Shown: positions 27,089 through 36,486 of the stretch, in pieces
Layout: each line of letters opens with the position of its first letter
How positions within the stretch are numbered: position 1 is the stretch's first letter
Sequence record: OZ035774.1
Length of the DNA: 44,649 nt
DNA from: Vectrevirus T147P9
Strand: one strand, 5' to 3'
The notes under the pieces: generated by a model
Seen by the model: only the letters and a program-made list of their open reading frames with translations
Database searches by the model: none
Told to the model about the DNA's origin: nothing
Translations under genes and position numbers: made by a program

Positions 27089-27592
27089 ATGTCACACTAT
27101 GAATGTAAGAAGTGTCATAAGCGTTATGATTACTGTACTTGTGGTCAAGAGAAAACATCTTTTAAAGTTGGAGACAAGGTATTTCGTAATGAAAAAGATT
27201 CGATTCCTTGGAATCAATACTGCAAAGAAGCGGGTATCGACCCTGATAGCCCTGTAACCATAGATGATATTGATGGCATTAACTTGTGCTTTCGTGAGGT
27301 GAGGGGTACAGGTTGGGATTCCAAAAAATTCAAACTTGCATCTGATAAGTTAGACAACAATATGGTAACTAAGCCTAAGCACTACGAGTTCTTTGATGGC
27401 GTAGAGGCAATCACTATCATTGCCCGCAGTATGACCGAGAAGCAATTCGCTGGCTATTGCATGGGTAATGCTTTGAAGTACCGTCTACGTGCAGGTAAGA
27501 AGTTCAACACTGAAGAAGACCTGAAGAAAGCAGATTACTACAAAGAGTTATTCCAGAAGCATCGTCACGAATGTATTGATGAGGATATTTGA
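27089..27592 (+). CDS. hypothetical protein with N-terminal Cys cluster
   Basis: 167 aa (ATG 27089, GGAGG RBS); CKKCHKRYDYCTC zinc-finger-like cluster and conserved-looking C-terminal KPKHYEFFDG...GNALKYRLRAGKK. Confidence 0.55.
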   Translation: MSHYECKKCHKRYDYCTCGQEKTSFKVGDKVFRNEKDSIPWNQYCKEAGIDPDSPVTIDDIDGINLCFREVRGTGWDSKKFKLASDKLDNNMVTKPKHYEFFDGVEAITIIARSMTEKQFAGYCMGNALKYRLRAGKKFNTEEDLKKADYYKELFQKHRHECIDEDI

Positions 27593-27593
27593 T

Positions 27594-28541
27594 ATGAATA
27601 TCTTTGAGTTCCTAGGTCTTCCAGAAGACCACCGCAATCACCCATTCATGCTGGTGAAGCATCGCGGTGAAGTTCCTGAGAAGAAATTAACTTTTCCATG
27701 TTATGCACAGGTGAAACGAGATGGTATCTTTTCTGCTGTTGTTGTTCGCACTGATGGTGTCGTTGGCATTTTTGGTCGCACTGGTAAGAAATTGGCAAAC
27801 ACTGAAGGCCTCGAACAAGCATTTGCTACCTTTCCGGTTGGCATTTATCTTGGTGAGCTTCAGTCTATGGCCATTGATATCTACCTTGAGGCAATCTCTG
27901 GGGTTGTGAACCCCAATCGCACTGAGCCACTTGATTTCATAGGCCAGCAGATTAAAGACAACCTGTATATCGACTTCTTCGATATGTTAACTATTAAGGC
28001 ATTCCATGATGGATTCACTGATGTTTCTTATCTCAAACGTTACGATGCTTTACATCGCCGCATCGGCGCTCATCTTAGCGGGTACAACGCTATCCTTCCT
28101 ATTACCCCTTGCCATAATGAGCGAGAAGTTGAAGCGTTTGCGCAAGAGCAGATAGACGCAGGCCGAGAGGGTGCTGTGTTTAAACTGGACTGTGATTATG
28201 AAGCAGGACATAAAGGTTATCGTCAGACTAAAGAAGTCCGTAAGGTAACTTATGACCTTACTTGTATTGGCTTTGAAGAAGGTAAAGGCAAATACAAAGG
28301 TAAGGTAGCTAACCTCATTTTCAAATGGAAAGGAGGCAAGACAATCAAAGCTATGTTAGGTAAGGGGTGGACTCATGCAGATGCAGAACAGATGTTCCAC
28401 GACATTAAACATGGTGGACGATTGAATGTCATTGGTAAAATCTTTGAAGTCAAAGGTCTTCAGGATTCAAGCAAGGGCAACATTCGTCTGCCCAAAGCGG
28501 GGGAATTAAGACATGACAAAGATGAACCAGATTTCTTTTGA
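27594..28541 (+). CDS. ATP-dependent DNA ligase
   Basis: Adenylation motif I KRDG (AQVKRDGIFSAVV), EGAVFK motif IV-like, Lys-rich motif V-like region; size close to T7 ligase. Start at ATG 27594; in-frame alternatives TTG 27576 and ATG 27579. Confidence 0.7.
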   Translation: MNIFEFLGLPEDHRNHPFMLVKHRGEVPEKKLTFPCYAQVKRDGIFSAVVVRTDGVVGIFGRTGKKLANTEGLEQAFATFPVGIYLGELQSMAIDIYLEAISGVVNPNRTEPLDFIGQQIKDNLYIDFFDMLTIKAFHDGFTDVSYLKRYDALHRRIGAHLSGYNAILPITPCHNEREVEAFAQEQIDAGREGAVFKLDCDYEAGHKGYRQTKEVRKVTYDLTCIGFEEGKGKYKGKVANLIFKWKGGKTIKAMLGKGWTHADAEQMFHDIKHGGRLNVIGKIFEVKGLQDSSKGNIRLPKAGELRHDKDEPDFF

Positions 28542-28728
28542 TAGCATGAAGGCAACTCGTGCAGTTGAGGTAGCAGAAGCTATCTTTGAAACTTTATCCT
28601 GTGGCATGGAAGTGCCCTATACTTTACTTGCTGATGCAGAAGAACTTGGTCTTTCTGTAGAAGCTATCCAAGAGAAGGTTGACGAATTATATGGTACAGA
28701 CGAAGAAGAAACCGACGATTTCATTTGA
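28513..28728 (+). CDS. hypothetical acidic protein
   Basis: 71-aa ORF with acidic C-terminus. Confidence 0.45.
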   Translation: MTKMNQISFDSMKATRAVEVAEAIFETLSCGMEVPYTLLADAEELGLSVEAIQEKVDELYGTDEEETDDFI

Positions 28729-28732
28729 AGGA

Positions 28733-28861
28733 ATGGAGATGCTTGAGATGATTCTCAAGCCTTCTTCTCCGAAGGTGACTAAGACTCATGAAGAGTTAAT
28801 CGTTGATGAAGTGAAGCGTTACATCATGGATTGTGTCAGAGCACAACTGGTGGTTCAATGA
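28733..28861 (+). CDS. hypothetical small protein
   Basis: 42-aa ORF MEMLEMILKPSSPKV... with GAAGGA RBS; in-frame part of track ORF 28679..28861. Confidence 0.3.
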   Translation: MEMLEMILKPSSPKVTKTHEELIVDEVKRYIMDCVRAQLVVQ

Positions 28862-29319
28862 TACGTCCAGCTTCCTTCCTAGATATTCCTGAGATTATAA
28901 ACCTTGGGAATAAATATGTGGAAGAGGAAGTCAAGGTAGTGGCCCATCACTCAGCCTCATGGAATGCAGAACAAAGTGCACATAACCTTTGTGCATCTCT
29001 TAGTAGAGAAGATTTATTCCTATGGGTGGCTGTAGATGAAGGGAAGATTGTAGGGTTCCTGTGGGCTGGCTATCACGAGTTAGCCCCTTGGACACCTGTA
29101 AGGGTTGCCTCTGACATTCTCTTTTACATTATACCAGAGAAGCGAGGGACACTACTAGGTATGCGTCTTATCAAGGCTCTTAAACAATGGGCTAATGAAA
29201 ATGAATGCTCTGAGGTTCGCCTGTCTATCGCCTCTGGTATTAATGAAGAACGTGTCGGACGTATGTATAAGCGACTTGGCTTTGAACCGTTTGGCACTGT
29301 GTACAACCTGAAGTTCTAA
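28858..29319 (+). CDS. GNAT-family N-acetyltransferase
   Basis: EKRGTLLGMRLIKALKQWA fits the acetyl-CoA-binding motif A of GNATs; start at first ATG 28858 (track TTG 28831). Confidence 0.65.
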   Translation: MIRPASFLDIPEIINLGNKYVEEEVKVVAHHSASWNAEQSAHNLCASLSREDLFLWVAVDEGKIVGFLWAGYHELAPWTPVRVASDILFYIIPEKRGTLLGMRLIKALKQWANENECSEVRLSIASGINEERVGRMYKRLGFEPFGTVYNLKF

Positions 29320-29328
29320 GGAGATAAC

Positions 29329-29538
29329 ATGGGTGTTGTAAAGAAAGCATTTAAGGCTATCGGTCTTGCTCAAGATGCACCACGTATTGAAGCCAAAGTC
29401 CCAGCACAGCAGCTTGAGCGTAAGCCTGAGACTGAAGCTGAAGATATTCAAATTGGTGCAGGTGGTGATGATGCGACTGCATCTGCAAAAGGTAAGCGCG
29501 GCCTTGTCCGTCCGGTAGCTTCTAGCTTGAAGGTGTAA
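29329..29538 (+). CDS. hypothetical small protein (possibly gp6.7-like virion protein)
   Basis: 69 aa, AAGGAG RBS, immediately upstream of the portal gene; assignment by position only. Confidence 0.35.
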   Translation: MGVVKKAFKAIGLAQDAPRIEAKVPAQQLERKPETEAEDIQIGAGGDDATASAKGKRGLVRPVASSLKV

Positions 29539-29539
29539 T

Positions 29540-31090
29540 ATGAAACAGAGCACAGATTTGGAGTATGGAGGTAAGCGGTCTAAGATACCTAAGCTATGGG
29601 AGAAGTTCTCCACTAAACGTAGCTCTTTCCTTGATAGGGCGAAGCATTACTCCAAATTAACCTTGCCCTATCTGATGAATGACAAAGGTGATAACGAGAC
29701 TTCGCAGAATGGATGGCAAGGTGTAGGTGCTCAGGCAACTAATCATCTAGCCAACAAGCTAGCGCAAGTACTATTTCCTGCACAGCGTTCCTTCTTCCGT
29801 GTAGACTTAACTGCACAAGGTGAGAAGGTTCTTAATCAGCGTGGCCTGAAGAAGACAGAGCTAGCTACCATCTTCGCTCAAGTGGAAACACGGGCAATGA
29901 AAGAATTAGAGCAACGTCAATTCCGGCCTGCTGTAGTGGAAGCATTCAAGCATCTTATTGTTGCTGGTAGCTGTATGCTATACAAGCCGAGCAAAGGTGC
30001 AATCAGTGCTATCCCAATGCATCACTATGTAGTTAACCGTGATACCAATGGCGACCTGTTAGACATTATCTTACTGCAAGAGAAAGCCTTACGCACCTTT
30101 GACCCAGCTACACGTGCTGTAGTAGAGGTTGGCCTGAAAGGTAAGAAGTGCAAGGAGGATGACAGCGTTAAGCTGTACACACATGCTAAGTATCTTGGTG
30201 ATGGATTTTGGGAACTCAAGCAATCTGCTGATGATATCCCTGTGGGTAAGGTGAGTAAAATCAAATCAGAAAAGCTACCTTTCATCCCATTAACTTGGAA
30301 GCGAAGCTATGGTGAGGATTGGGGTCGCCCTCTTGCAGAGGATTACTCCGGTGATTTATTCGTTATCCAATTCTTATCTGAAGCGGTTGCCCGTGGTGCT
30401 GCGCTGATGGCAGATATCAAGTACCTGATTCGTCCGGGTGCTCAAACTGATGTTGACCACTTTGTTAACTCTGGCACTGGTGAGGTTGTCACTGGTGTAG
30501 AAGAAGACATCCATATTGTACAGTTAGGTAAGTACGCAGACCTCACACCTATTAGCGCGGTTCTAGAGGTATACACTCGCCGTATCGGTGTTGTCTTCAT
30601 GATGGAGACAATGACACGCCGTGACGCCGAACGTGTTACTGCTGTAGAAATCCAGCGAGATGCGTTAGAGATTGAGCAGAACATGGGTGGTGTATACTCC
30701 CTCTTTGCTACTACTATGCAATCGCCAGTAGCGATGTGGGGTCTGCTGGAGGCAGGGGAGTCCTTCACTAGTGACTTAGTGGACCCTGTGATTATCACAG
30801 GTATTGAAGCTTTAGGACGCATGGCTGAGTTGGATAAACTGGCTAACTTTGCTCAGTATATGTCACTGCCATTACAATGGCCTGAGCCTGTCCTAGCTGC
30901 TGTGAAATGGCCTGACTATATGGATTGGGTGCGTGGTCAAATCTCTGCTGAACTGCCGTTCCTTAAATCGGCTGAAGAGATGGCACAAGAACAGGAAGCA
31001 CAGATGCAAGCACAGCAAGCACAGATGCTTGAAGAAGGTGTGGCTAAGGCCGTGCCGGGTGTAATTCAACAAGAACTTAAGGAGGCGTAA
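29540..31090 (+). CDS. portal (head-to-tail connector) protein, T7 gp8-like
   Basis: 516 aa; GWQGVGAQATNHLANKLAQVLFPAQ and RVTAVEIQRDALEIEQNMGGVYSLFA parallel remembered T7 gp8 segments. Confidence 0.9.
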   Translation: MKQSTDLEYGGKRSKIPKLWEKFSTKRSSFLDRAKHYSKLTLPYLMNDKGDNETSQNGWQGVGAQATNHLANKLAQVLFPAQRSFFRVDLTAQGEKVLNQRGLKKTELATIFAQVETRAMKELEQRQFRPAVVEAFKHLIVAGSCMLYKPSKGAISAIPMHHYVVNRDTNGDLLDIILLQEKALRTFDPATRAVVEVGLKGKKCKEDDSVKLYTHAKYLGDGFWELKQSADDIPVGKVSKIKSEKLPFIPLTWKRSYGEDWGRPLAEDYSGDLFVIQFLSEAVARGAALMADIKYLIRPGAQTDVDHFVNSGTGEVVTGVEEDIHIVQLGKYADLTPISAVLEVYTRRIGVVFMMETMTRRDAERVTAVEIQRDALEIEQNMGGVYSLFATTMQSPVAMWGLLEAGESFTSDLVDPVIITGIEALGRMAELDKLANFAQYMSLPLQWPEPVLAAVKWPDYMDWVRGQISAELPFLKSAEEMAQEQEAQMQAQQAQMLEEGVAKAVPGVIQQELKEA

Positions 31091-32010
31091 TGTCTTTCTC
31101 ATTTACTGAACCGTCAACCACTCACCCTACTGCTGAAGAGGGTCCGGTAGAAACCAAGGAGGTAACAACTGATGCTGCTACTACTGATGCTCCTGCTGAC
31201 GCTGGCACTGCTGTACAAGATGACAATGCTGGTGCACAACCTACTGAAGACACCGGAGGAGAAGCTTCTGGACAGCCTTCAGAAGAAGGAGACAATGGCG
31301 GAGAGAATGGTGAATCTAAGCCAGATGATACCGCGACCGACACTGAGGAAGTGCAATACTTCTTCGGAGAGCATGAAGTAACAGTAGACATCCCACAGGA
31401 TGTAACTGATAGTCTTAAAGAGAAAGGCATTGATGCTAAGCAGGTTGCCAAGGAACTCTATGCCAAAGATGGCAAGTTTGAACTGTCCGATGCAACCAAG
31501 CAGAAGCTATATGATGCCTTTGGCAAGTTTGCAGTAGATGCCTACCTGTCTGGCCTTAAGGCACAGAATGAAGCTTTCTTCCTGAAGGAAGCTAACGCAG
31601 CTAAGGAACTGGAAGCAGCTAACACTCAGCGCTTCTCTGATGTTTCTAAGGAAGTTGGTGGCGAAGAAGGCTGGTCCCGTCTTGAGGCATGGGCGCTTGA
31701 AGCGCTGTCCGATGATGAACTAACGGCATTCAATGCGGTGATGGAATCTGGCAACCAGTACCTCCAGCAGTATGCTGTGCGTGAACTGGAGAGCCGCCGT
31801 AAGGCTGCACAAGGTGATGACAAGCCAAACCTGATTGAACCCTCTGCACCTGCTGCTGCATCTGAAGATAACGGCCCCCTCTCGCGGGAGCAATACCTGC
31901 GTGAGATGATGACCCTTAGCTCTCGCTTCGGCACAGACAAGAAAGCTGCTGCTGAGTATCAGGCTAAACTGGATGCTCGCCGCCGCGCTGGTATGGCTCG
32001 CGGATTATAA
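31090..32010 (+). CDS. capsid assembly scaffolding protein
   Basis: 306 aa, acidic and Ala/Glu-rich, between portal and major capsid genes (T7 gene 9 position). Confidence 0.8.
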   Translation: MSFSFTEPSTTHPTAEEGPVETKEVTTDAATTDAPADAGTAVQDDNAGAQPTEDTGGEASGQPSEEGDNGGENGESKPDDTATDTEEVQYFFGEHEVTVDIPQDVTDSLKEKGIDAKQVAKELYAKDGKFELSDATKQKLYDAFGKFAVDAYLSGLKAQNEAFFLKEANAAKELEAANTQRFSDVSKEVGGEEGWSRLEAWALEALSDDELTAFNAVMESGNQYLQQYAVRELESRRKAAQGDDKPNLIEPSAPAAASEDNGPLSREQYLREMMTLSSRFGTDKKAAAEYQAKLDARRRAGMARGL

Positions 32011-32016
32011 TCAGTA

Positions 32017-32040
32017 TTTACTGGACACTATAGAAGGGAG
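32017..32040 (+). promoter_or_regulatory. phage RNAP promoter (consensus copy) driving the capsid gene
   Basis: atttactggacactatagaaggga, about 47 bp upstream of the capsid ATG. Confidence 0.8.
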
Positions 32041-32086
32041 AAATGTCTCCCTAAATTATCAATTTGATTTATAAGGAGGTTTATTA

Positions 32087-33292
32087 ATGTCTACGCCGAA
32101 TAACCTGACCAACGTTGCAGTCTCCGCTTCCGGTGAGGTAGACAGCCTGCTCATTGAGAAATTCAATGGTAAGGTAAATGAGCAGTACCTGAAAGGTGAG
32201 AACATCATGTCCTACTTTGATGTTCAGACTGTTACTGGTACTAACACTGTAAGCAACAAATACTTGGGTGAAACAGAGTTGCAGGTTCTGGCACCGGGCC
32301 AGTCTCCGGCTGCAACCTCTACTCAGGCCGATAAAAACCAGCTGGTAATTGATGCCACTGTTATCGCCCGTAACACCGTTGCACACCTGCATGATGTACA
32401 GGGTGACATTGATAGCCTGAAGCCGAAACTGGCAACCAACCAAGCTAAGCAACTGAAGCGTATGGAAGATGAAATGCTGATTCAGCAGATGCTGCTGGGC
32501 GGTATTGCTAACACTCAGGCTAAGCGTACCAATCCGCGTGTGAAAGGTCATGGCTTCTCTATCAACGTAGAGGTCAATGAAGGGGAAGCGCTGGTTAATC
32601 CGCAGTATGTAATGGCTGCTGTAGAGTTCGCTCTGGAACAGCAGCTTGAGCAGGAAGTTGACATCTCCGATGTAGCCATCCTGATGCCGTGGCGCTATTT
32701 CAACGTACTGCGTGATGCGGATCGTATCGTTGACAAGAGCTACACCATTAGCCAGTCTGGTGCAACCATTCAGGGCTTCGTACTGTCTTCCTACAACTGT
32801 CCAGTTATCCCATCTAACCGATTCCCGAAATTTGCTCAAGGTCAGAAGCATCACCTGTTGTCTAACGAAGACAACGGCTACCGCTATGACCCTATTGCAG
32901 AAATGAACGGCGCGATTGCTGTACTGTTCACTGCCGATGCACTGTTGGTGGGACGCTCCATTGATGTTACTGGCGATATCTTCTATGAGAAGAAAGAGAA
33001 GACCTACTACATCGACACCTTTATGTCTGAGGGTGCAATCCCTGATCGTTGGGAAGCAGTTTCTGTTGTGACCACTAAGCGTAATGTCACCACTGGTGCT
33101 GCTGACAGTACCGCTGCTGCACAGCATACTCAGGTTCTGAACCGTGCACAGCGCAAAGCTGTATACGTCAAGAATGCTGCTCCGGCAGGTGATGCCGCTG
33201 CTGCTACTCTTTCTGCTGAAGACTTGGTTGCTGCTGTCCGTGCTGTAATGGCAAATGACATTAAGCCGACTGCAATGAAACCTACTGAGTAA
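32087..33292 (+). CDS. major capsid protein (T7 gp10-like)
   Basis: 401 aa; strong promoter and RBS, highly biased codon usage; C-terminal half parallels remembered T7 gp10A; followed directly by a terminator. Confidence 0.9.
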   Translation: MSTPNNLTNVAVSASGEVDSLLIEKFNGKVNEQYLKGENIMSYFDVQTVTGTNTVSNKYLGETELQVLAPGQSPAATSTQADKNQLVIDATVIARNTVAHLHDVQGDIDSLKPKLATNQAKQLKRMEDEMLIQQMLLGGIANTQAKRTNPRVKGHGFSINVEVNEGEALVNPQYVMAAVEFALEQQLEQEVDISDVAILMPWRYFNVLRDADRIVDKSYTISQSGATIQGFVLSSYNCPVIPSNRFPKFAQGQKHHLLSNEDNGYRYDPIAEMNGAIAVLFTADALLVGRSIDVTGDIFYEKKEKTYYIDTFMSEGAIPDRWEAVSVVTTKRNVTTGAADSTAAAQHTQVLNRAQRKAVYVKNAAPAGDAAAATLSAEDLVAAVRAVMANDIKPTAMKPTE

Positions 33293-33300
33293 TACCTATG

Positions 33301-33333
33301 CCCTATCTACCCTGCGTAGGTAGGGTTCTTTTT
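33301..33333 (+). terminator. late terminator after the capsid gene (T-phi analogue)
   Basis: ccctatctac-cctgc-gtaggtaggg (10-bp stem with one G-U) followed by ttcttttt, 9 bp after the capsid stop. Confidence 0.7.
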
Positions 33334-33346
33334 GTTAGGAGGGTTC

Positions 33347-34084
33347 ATGCCTGTAATTAGACAAACCAGTAAAGTAGGACATATGATGGAAGATGTGGCC
33401 TTCCAGATTATTGATAGTAAGCTGGAAGCGGTAAACTTGTGTATGCGAGCTATTGGTCGTGAGGGTGTGGATTCTCTCGACTCAGGTGACTTGGACGCAG
33501 AAGACGCAAGCAAGATGATCGACATCGTATCCCAGAGGTTCCAGTACAACAAAGGAGGTGGCTGGTGGTTCAATCGTGAACCAAACTGGCAGATTGCACC
33601 TGATACCAATGGTGAAGTCAACTTACCTAACAACTGCCTAGCAGTGTTGCAGTGTTACGCTTTGGGCGAGAAGAAAGTACCAATGACTATGCGAGCAGGT
33701 AAGCTCTACTCTACTTGGAGTCACACCTTTGATATGCGTAAGCATGTGAATGCTAATGGTATGATTCGTCTTACCTTACTCACCTTACTTCCATATGAGC
33801 ATCTACCTACAAGTGTAATGCAGGCTATTGCCTATCAAGCTGCTGTAGAGTTTATTGTGTCTAAGGATGCAGATCAGACTAAGTTAGCCACTGCACAGCA
33901 GATTGCCACTCAGCTTCTTATGGATGTGCAATCAGAACAAATGTCACAAAAACGATTGAATATGCTTGTGCATAATCCTACGCAGCGTCAGTTCGGTATT
34001 ATGGCGGGTGGTTCTCAGAATGCACCTGCTTACTCTCATTCACCCTATGATAGTTGGACCCTTCGTCCGTGGGAGGATCGGTAA
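33347..34084 (+). CDS. tail tubular protein A (gp11-like)
   Basis: 245 aa (ATG 33347 after GGAGGG RBS; track TTG 33332); first gene after the capsid terminator. Confidence 0.75.
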   Translation: MPVIRQTSKVGHMMEDVAFQIIDSKLEAVNLCMRAIGREGVDSLDSGDLDAEDASKMIDIVSQRFQYNKGGGWWFNREPNWQIAPDTNGEVNLPNNCLAVLQCYALGEKKVPMTMRAGKLYSTWSHTFDMRKHVNANGMIRLTLLTLLPYEHLPTSVMQAIAYQAAVEFIVSKDADQTKLATAQQIATQLLMDVQSEQMSQKRLNMLVHNPTQRQFGIMAGGSQNAPAYSHSPYDSWTLRPWEDR

Positions 34085-36486
34085 TGGAAGTACAAGGTTC
34101 ATTAGGGCGGCAAATACAAGGGATTAGCCAGCAGCCGCCAGCGGTACGCTTGGATGGTCAGTGCACAGCTATGGTTAATATGATACCTGATGTAGTGAAT
34201 GGTACTCAATCACGCATGGGTACAACTCATATTGCAAAGATACTTGATGCGGGGACTGATGACATGGCTACTCATCATTATCGCAGAGGTGATGGTGATG
34301 AAGAGTATTTCTTCACGTTGAAGAAAGGACAAGTTCCTGAGATATTTGATAAGTATGGGCGCAAATGTAATGTGACTTCACAAGATGCACCTATGACTTA
34401 CTTAACTGAAGTAGTCAACCCAAGGGAAGATGTGCAATTTATGACTATTGCAGATGTAACCTTTATGCTTAATCGAAGAAAGGTAGTTAAAGCTCGTACT
34501 GATAAATCACCAAAGGTTGGAAATAAGGCGATTGTCTTCTGCGCCTATGGCCAATATGGGACTACTTATAAAATTATAATTGATGGCAATGTAGCAGCTA
34601 CACGTACCACCCCTGACGGTGGTGAAGCGGGTCAAGTTGTAAATATAAGAACAGAAGACATTACAAACCACCTTTATGATAGTTTACAGCAATGGAGTGG
34701 TATTAATGCCTACAACATCCAGAAAGATGGAACAAGTATCTTTATTGAAAAGAAAGATGGTAGCTCTTTTAATATTACTACAGAAGATGGTGCAAAAGGT
34801 AAGGACTTAGTAGCCATAAAGAACCGTGTAGCCTCTACCGACCTTCTACCCTCCCGTGCACCTGAAGGTTACAAAGTGCAAGTATGGCCTACTGGAAGTA
34901 AACCGGAGTCACGTTATTGGCTGGAAGCAGAGCCAAAAGAGGGGAATTTAGTATCATGGCAAGAGACAGTAGCGGCGGATGTTTTACTTGGCTTTGATAA
35001 AGGGACCATGCCGTATATTATTGAGCGTACAGGTATCATTGATGGTATTGCTCAATTTAAGATTAGGCAGGGTGACTGGGAAGACCGCAAGGTGGGGGAT
35101 GACCTCACTAACCCTATGCCGTCTTTCATTGATGAAGAAGTTCCTCAGACAATTGGCGGAATGTTCATGGTGCAGAACCGTTTATGCTTTACAGCAGGTG
35201 AAGCTGTCATTGCATCACGCACTTCCTACTTCTTTGATTTCTTTCGTTATACGGTTATCTCTGCATTGGCAACTGACCCATTTGATATTTTCTCAGATGC
35301 TAGTGAAGTCTACCAGCTAAAACATGCAGTGACCTTAGATGGCGCTACCGTGTTGTTCTCTGATAAGTCACAATTCATACTGCCAGGCGATAAGCCTTTA
35401 GAGAAGTCAAATGCACTGCTTAAGCCTGTTACAACATTTGAAGTGAACAATAAAGTGAAGCCAGTAGTAACTGGTGAATCGGTAATGTTTGCCACTAATG
35501 ATGGTTCTTACTCTGGTGTACGAGAGTTCTATACAGACTCTTATAGTGACACTAAGAAGGCACAAGCAATCACAAGTCATGTGAATAAACTCATCGAAGG
35601 TAACATTACCAACATGGCAGCAAGCACCAATGTCAACAGGTTACTTGTCACTACCGATAAGTATCGTAACATAATCTACTGCTACGATTGGTTATGGCAA
35701 GGAACAGACCGTGTACAATCAGCATGGCATATATGGAAGTGGCCTATAGGTACAAAGGTGCGAGGTATGTTTTATTCTGGTGAATTACTTTACCTGCTCC
35801 TTGAGAGAGGAGATGGCGTATATCTGGAGAAGATGGACATGGGTGATGCACTAACCTACGGTTTGAATGACCGCATCAGAATGGATAGGCAAGCAGAGTT
35901 AGTCTTCAAGTATTTTAAAGCAGAAGATGAATGGATGTCTGAACCTCTTCCTTGGACCCCTACTAACCCAGAGCTTTTGGATTGCATCTTAATAGAAGGA
36001 TGGGATTCATATATTGGTGGTTCTTTCCTATTCAAATACAACCCCGGTGATAACACCTTGTCTACAACCTTTGATATGCATGATGATAGCCACGTAAAAG
36101 CGAAGGTTATTGTTGGTCAGATTTACCCTCAAGAGCTTGAACCAACACCTGTAGTTATCAGAGATAGGCAAGACCGTGTATCCTATATTGATGTACCTGT
36201 TGTGGGATTAGTTCACCTTAATCTTGATATGTATCCTGATTTCTCCGTGGAGGTTAAGAATGTGAAGAGTGGTAAAGTACGCAGGGTGCTAGCGTCAAAC
36301 CGTATAGGTGGTGCTCTCAACAATACAGTAGGTTATGTTGAACCAAGAGAAGGTGTCTTCAGATTCCCGCTGAGAGCTAAGAGTACGGATGCTGTTTATC
36401 GTATTATTGTAGAATCACCTCACACATTCCAGCTTCGTGATATTGAGTGGGAAGGGAGCTACAATCCAACCAAAAGGAGGGTCTAA
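34084..36486 (+). CDS. tail tubular protein B (gp12-like)
   Basis: About 800 aa (ATG 34084 overlapping the previous stop, GGAGGA RBS); size and position match T7 gp12. Confidence 0.75.
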   Translation: MEVQGSLGRQIQGISQQPPAVRLDGQCTAMVNMIPDVVNGTQSRMGTTHIAKILDAGTDDMATHHYRRGDGDEEYFFTLKKGQVPEIFDKYGRKCNVTSQDAPMTYLTEVVNPREDVQFMTIADVTFMLNRRKVVKARTDKSPKVGNKAIVFCAYGQYGTTYKIIIDGNVAATRTTPDGGEAGQVVNIRTEDITNHLYDSLQQWSGINAYNIQKDGTSIFIEKKDGSSFNITTEDGAKGKDLVAIKNRVASTDLLPSRAPEGYKVQVWPTGSKPESRYWLEAEPKEGNLVSWQETVAADVLLGFDKGTMPYIIERTGIIDGIAQFKIRQGDWEDRKVGDDLTNPMPSFIDEEVPQTIGGMFMVQNRLCFTAGEAVIASRTSYFFDFFRYTVISALATDPFDIFSDASEVYQLKHAVTLDGATVLFSDKSQFILPGDKPLEKSNALLKPVTTFEVNNKVKPVVTGESVMFATNDGSYSGVREFYTDSYSDTKKAQAITSHVNKLIEGNITNMAASTNVNRLLVTTDKYRNIIYCYDWLWQGTDRVQSAWHIWKWPIGTKVRGMFYSGELLYLLLERGDGVYLEKMDMGDALTYGLNDRIRMDRQAELVFKYFKAEDEWMSEPLPWTPTNPELLDCILIEGWDSYIGGSFLFKYNPGDNTLSTTFDMHDDSHVKAKVIVGQIYPQELEPTPVVIRDRQDRVSYIDVPVVGLVHLNLDMYPDFSVEVKNVKSGKVRRVLASNRIGGALNNTVGYVEPREGVFRFPLRAKSTDAVYRIIVESPHTFQLRDIEWEGSYNPTKRRV

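Noticed and set aside
32084-33127. 347-aa minus-strand ORF
   Set aside because: Lies entirely antisense to the major capsid gene, which has the promoter, RBS, codon bias and terminator; no RBS or promoter on the minus strand. The same applies to the other long minus-strand ORFs (10985..11557, 23165..23770, 1724..2236, 22266..22619): all are antisense shadows in a genome transcribed left to right.
33250-33292. Possible programmed frameshift at the 3' end of the capsid gene (T7 10A/10B-like)
   Set aside because: No slippery heptamer identified by eye and the downstream frames are closed quickly by the terminator hairpin.
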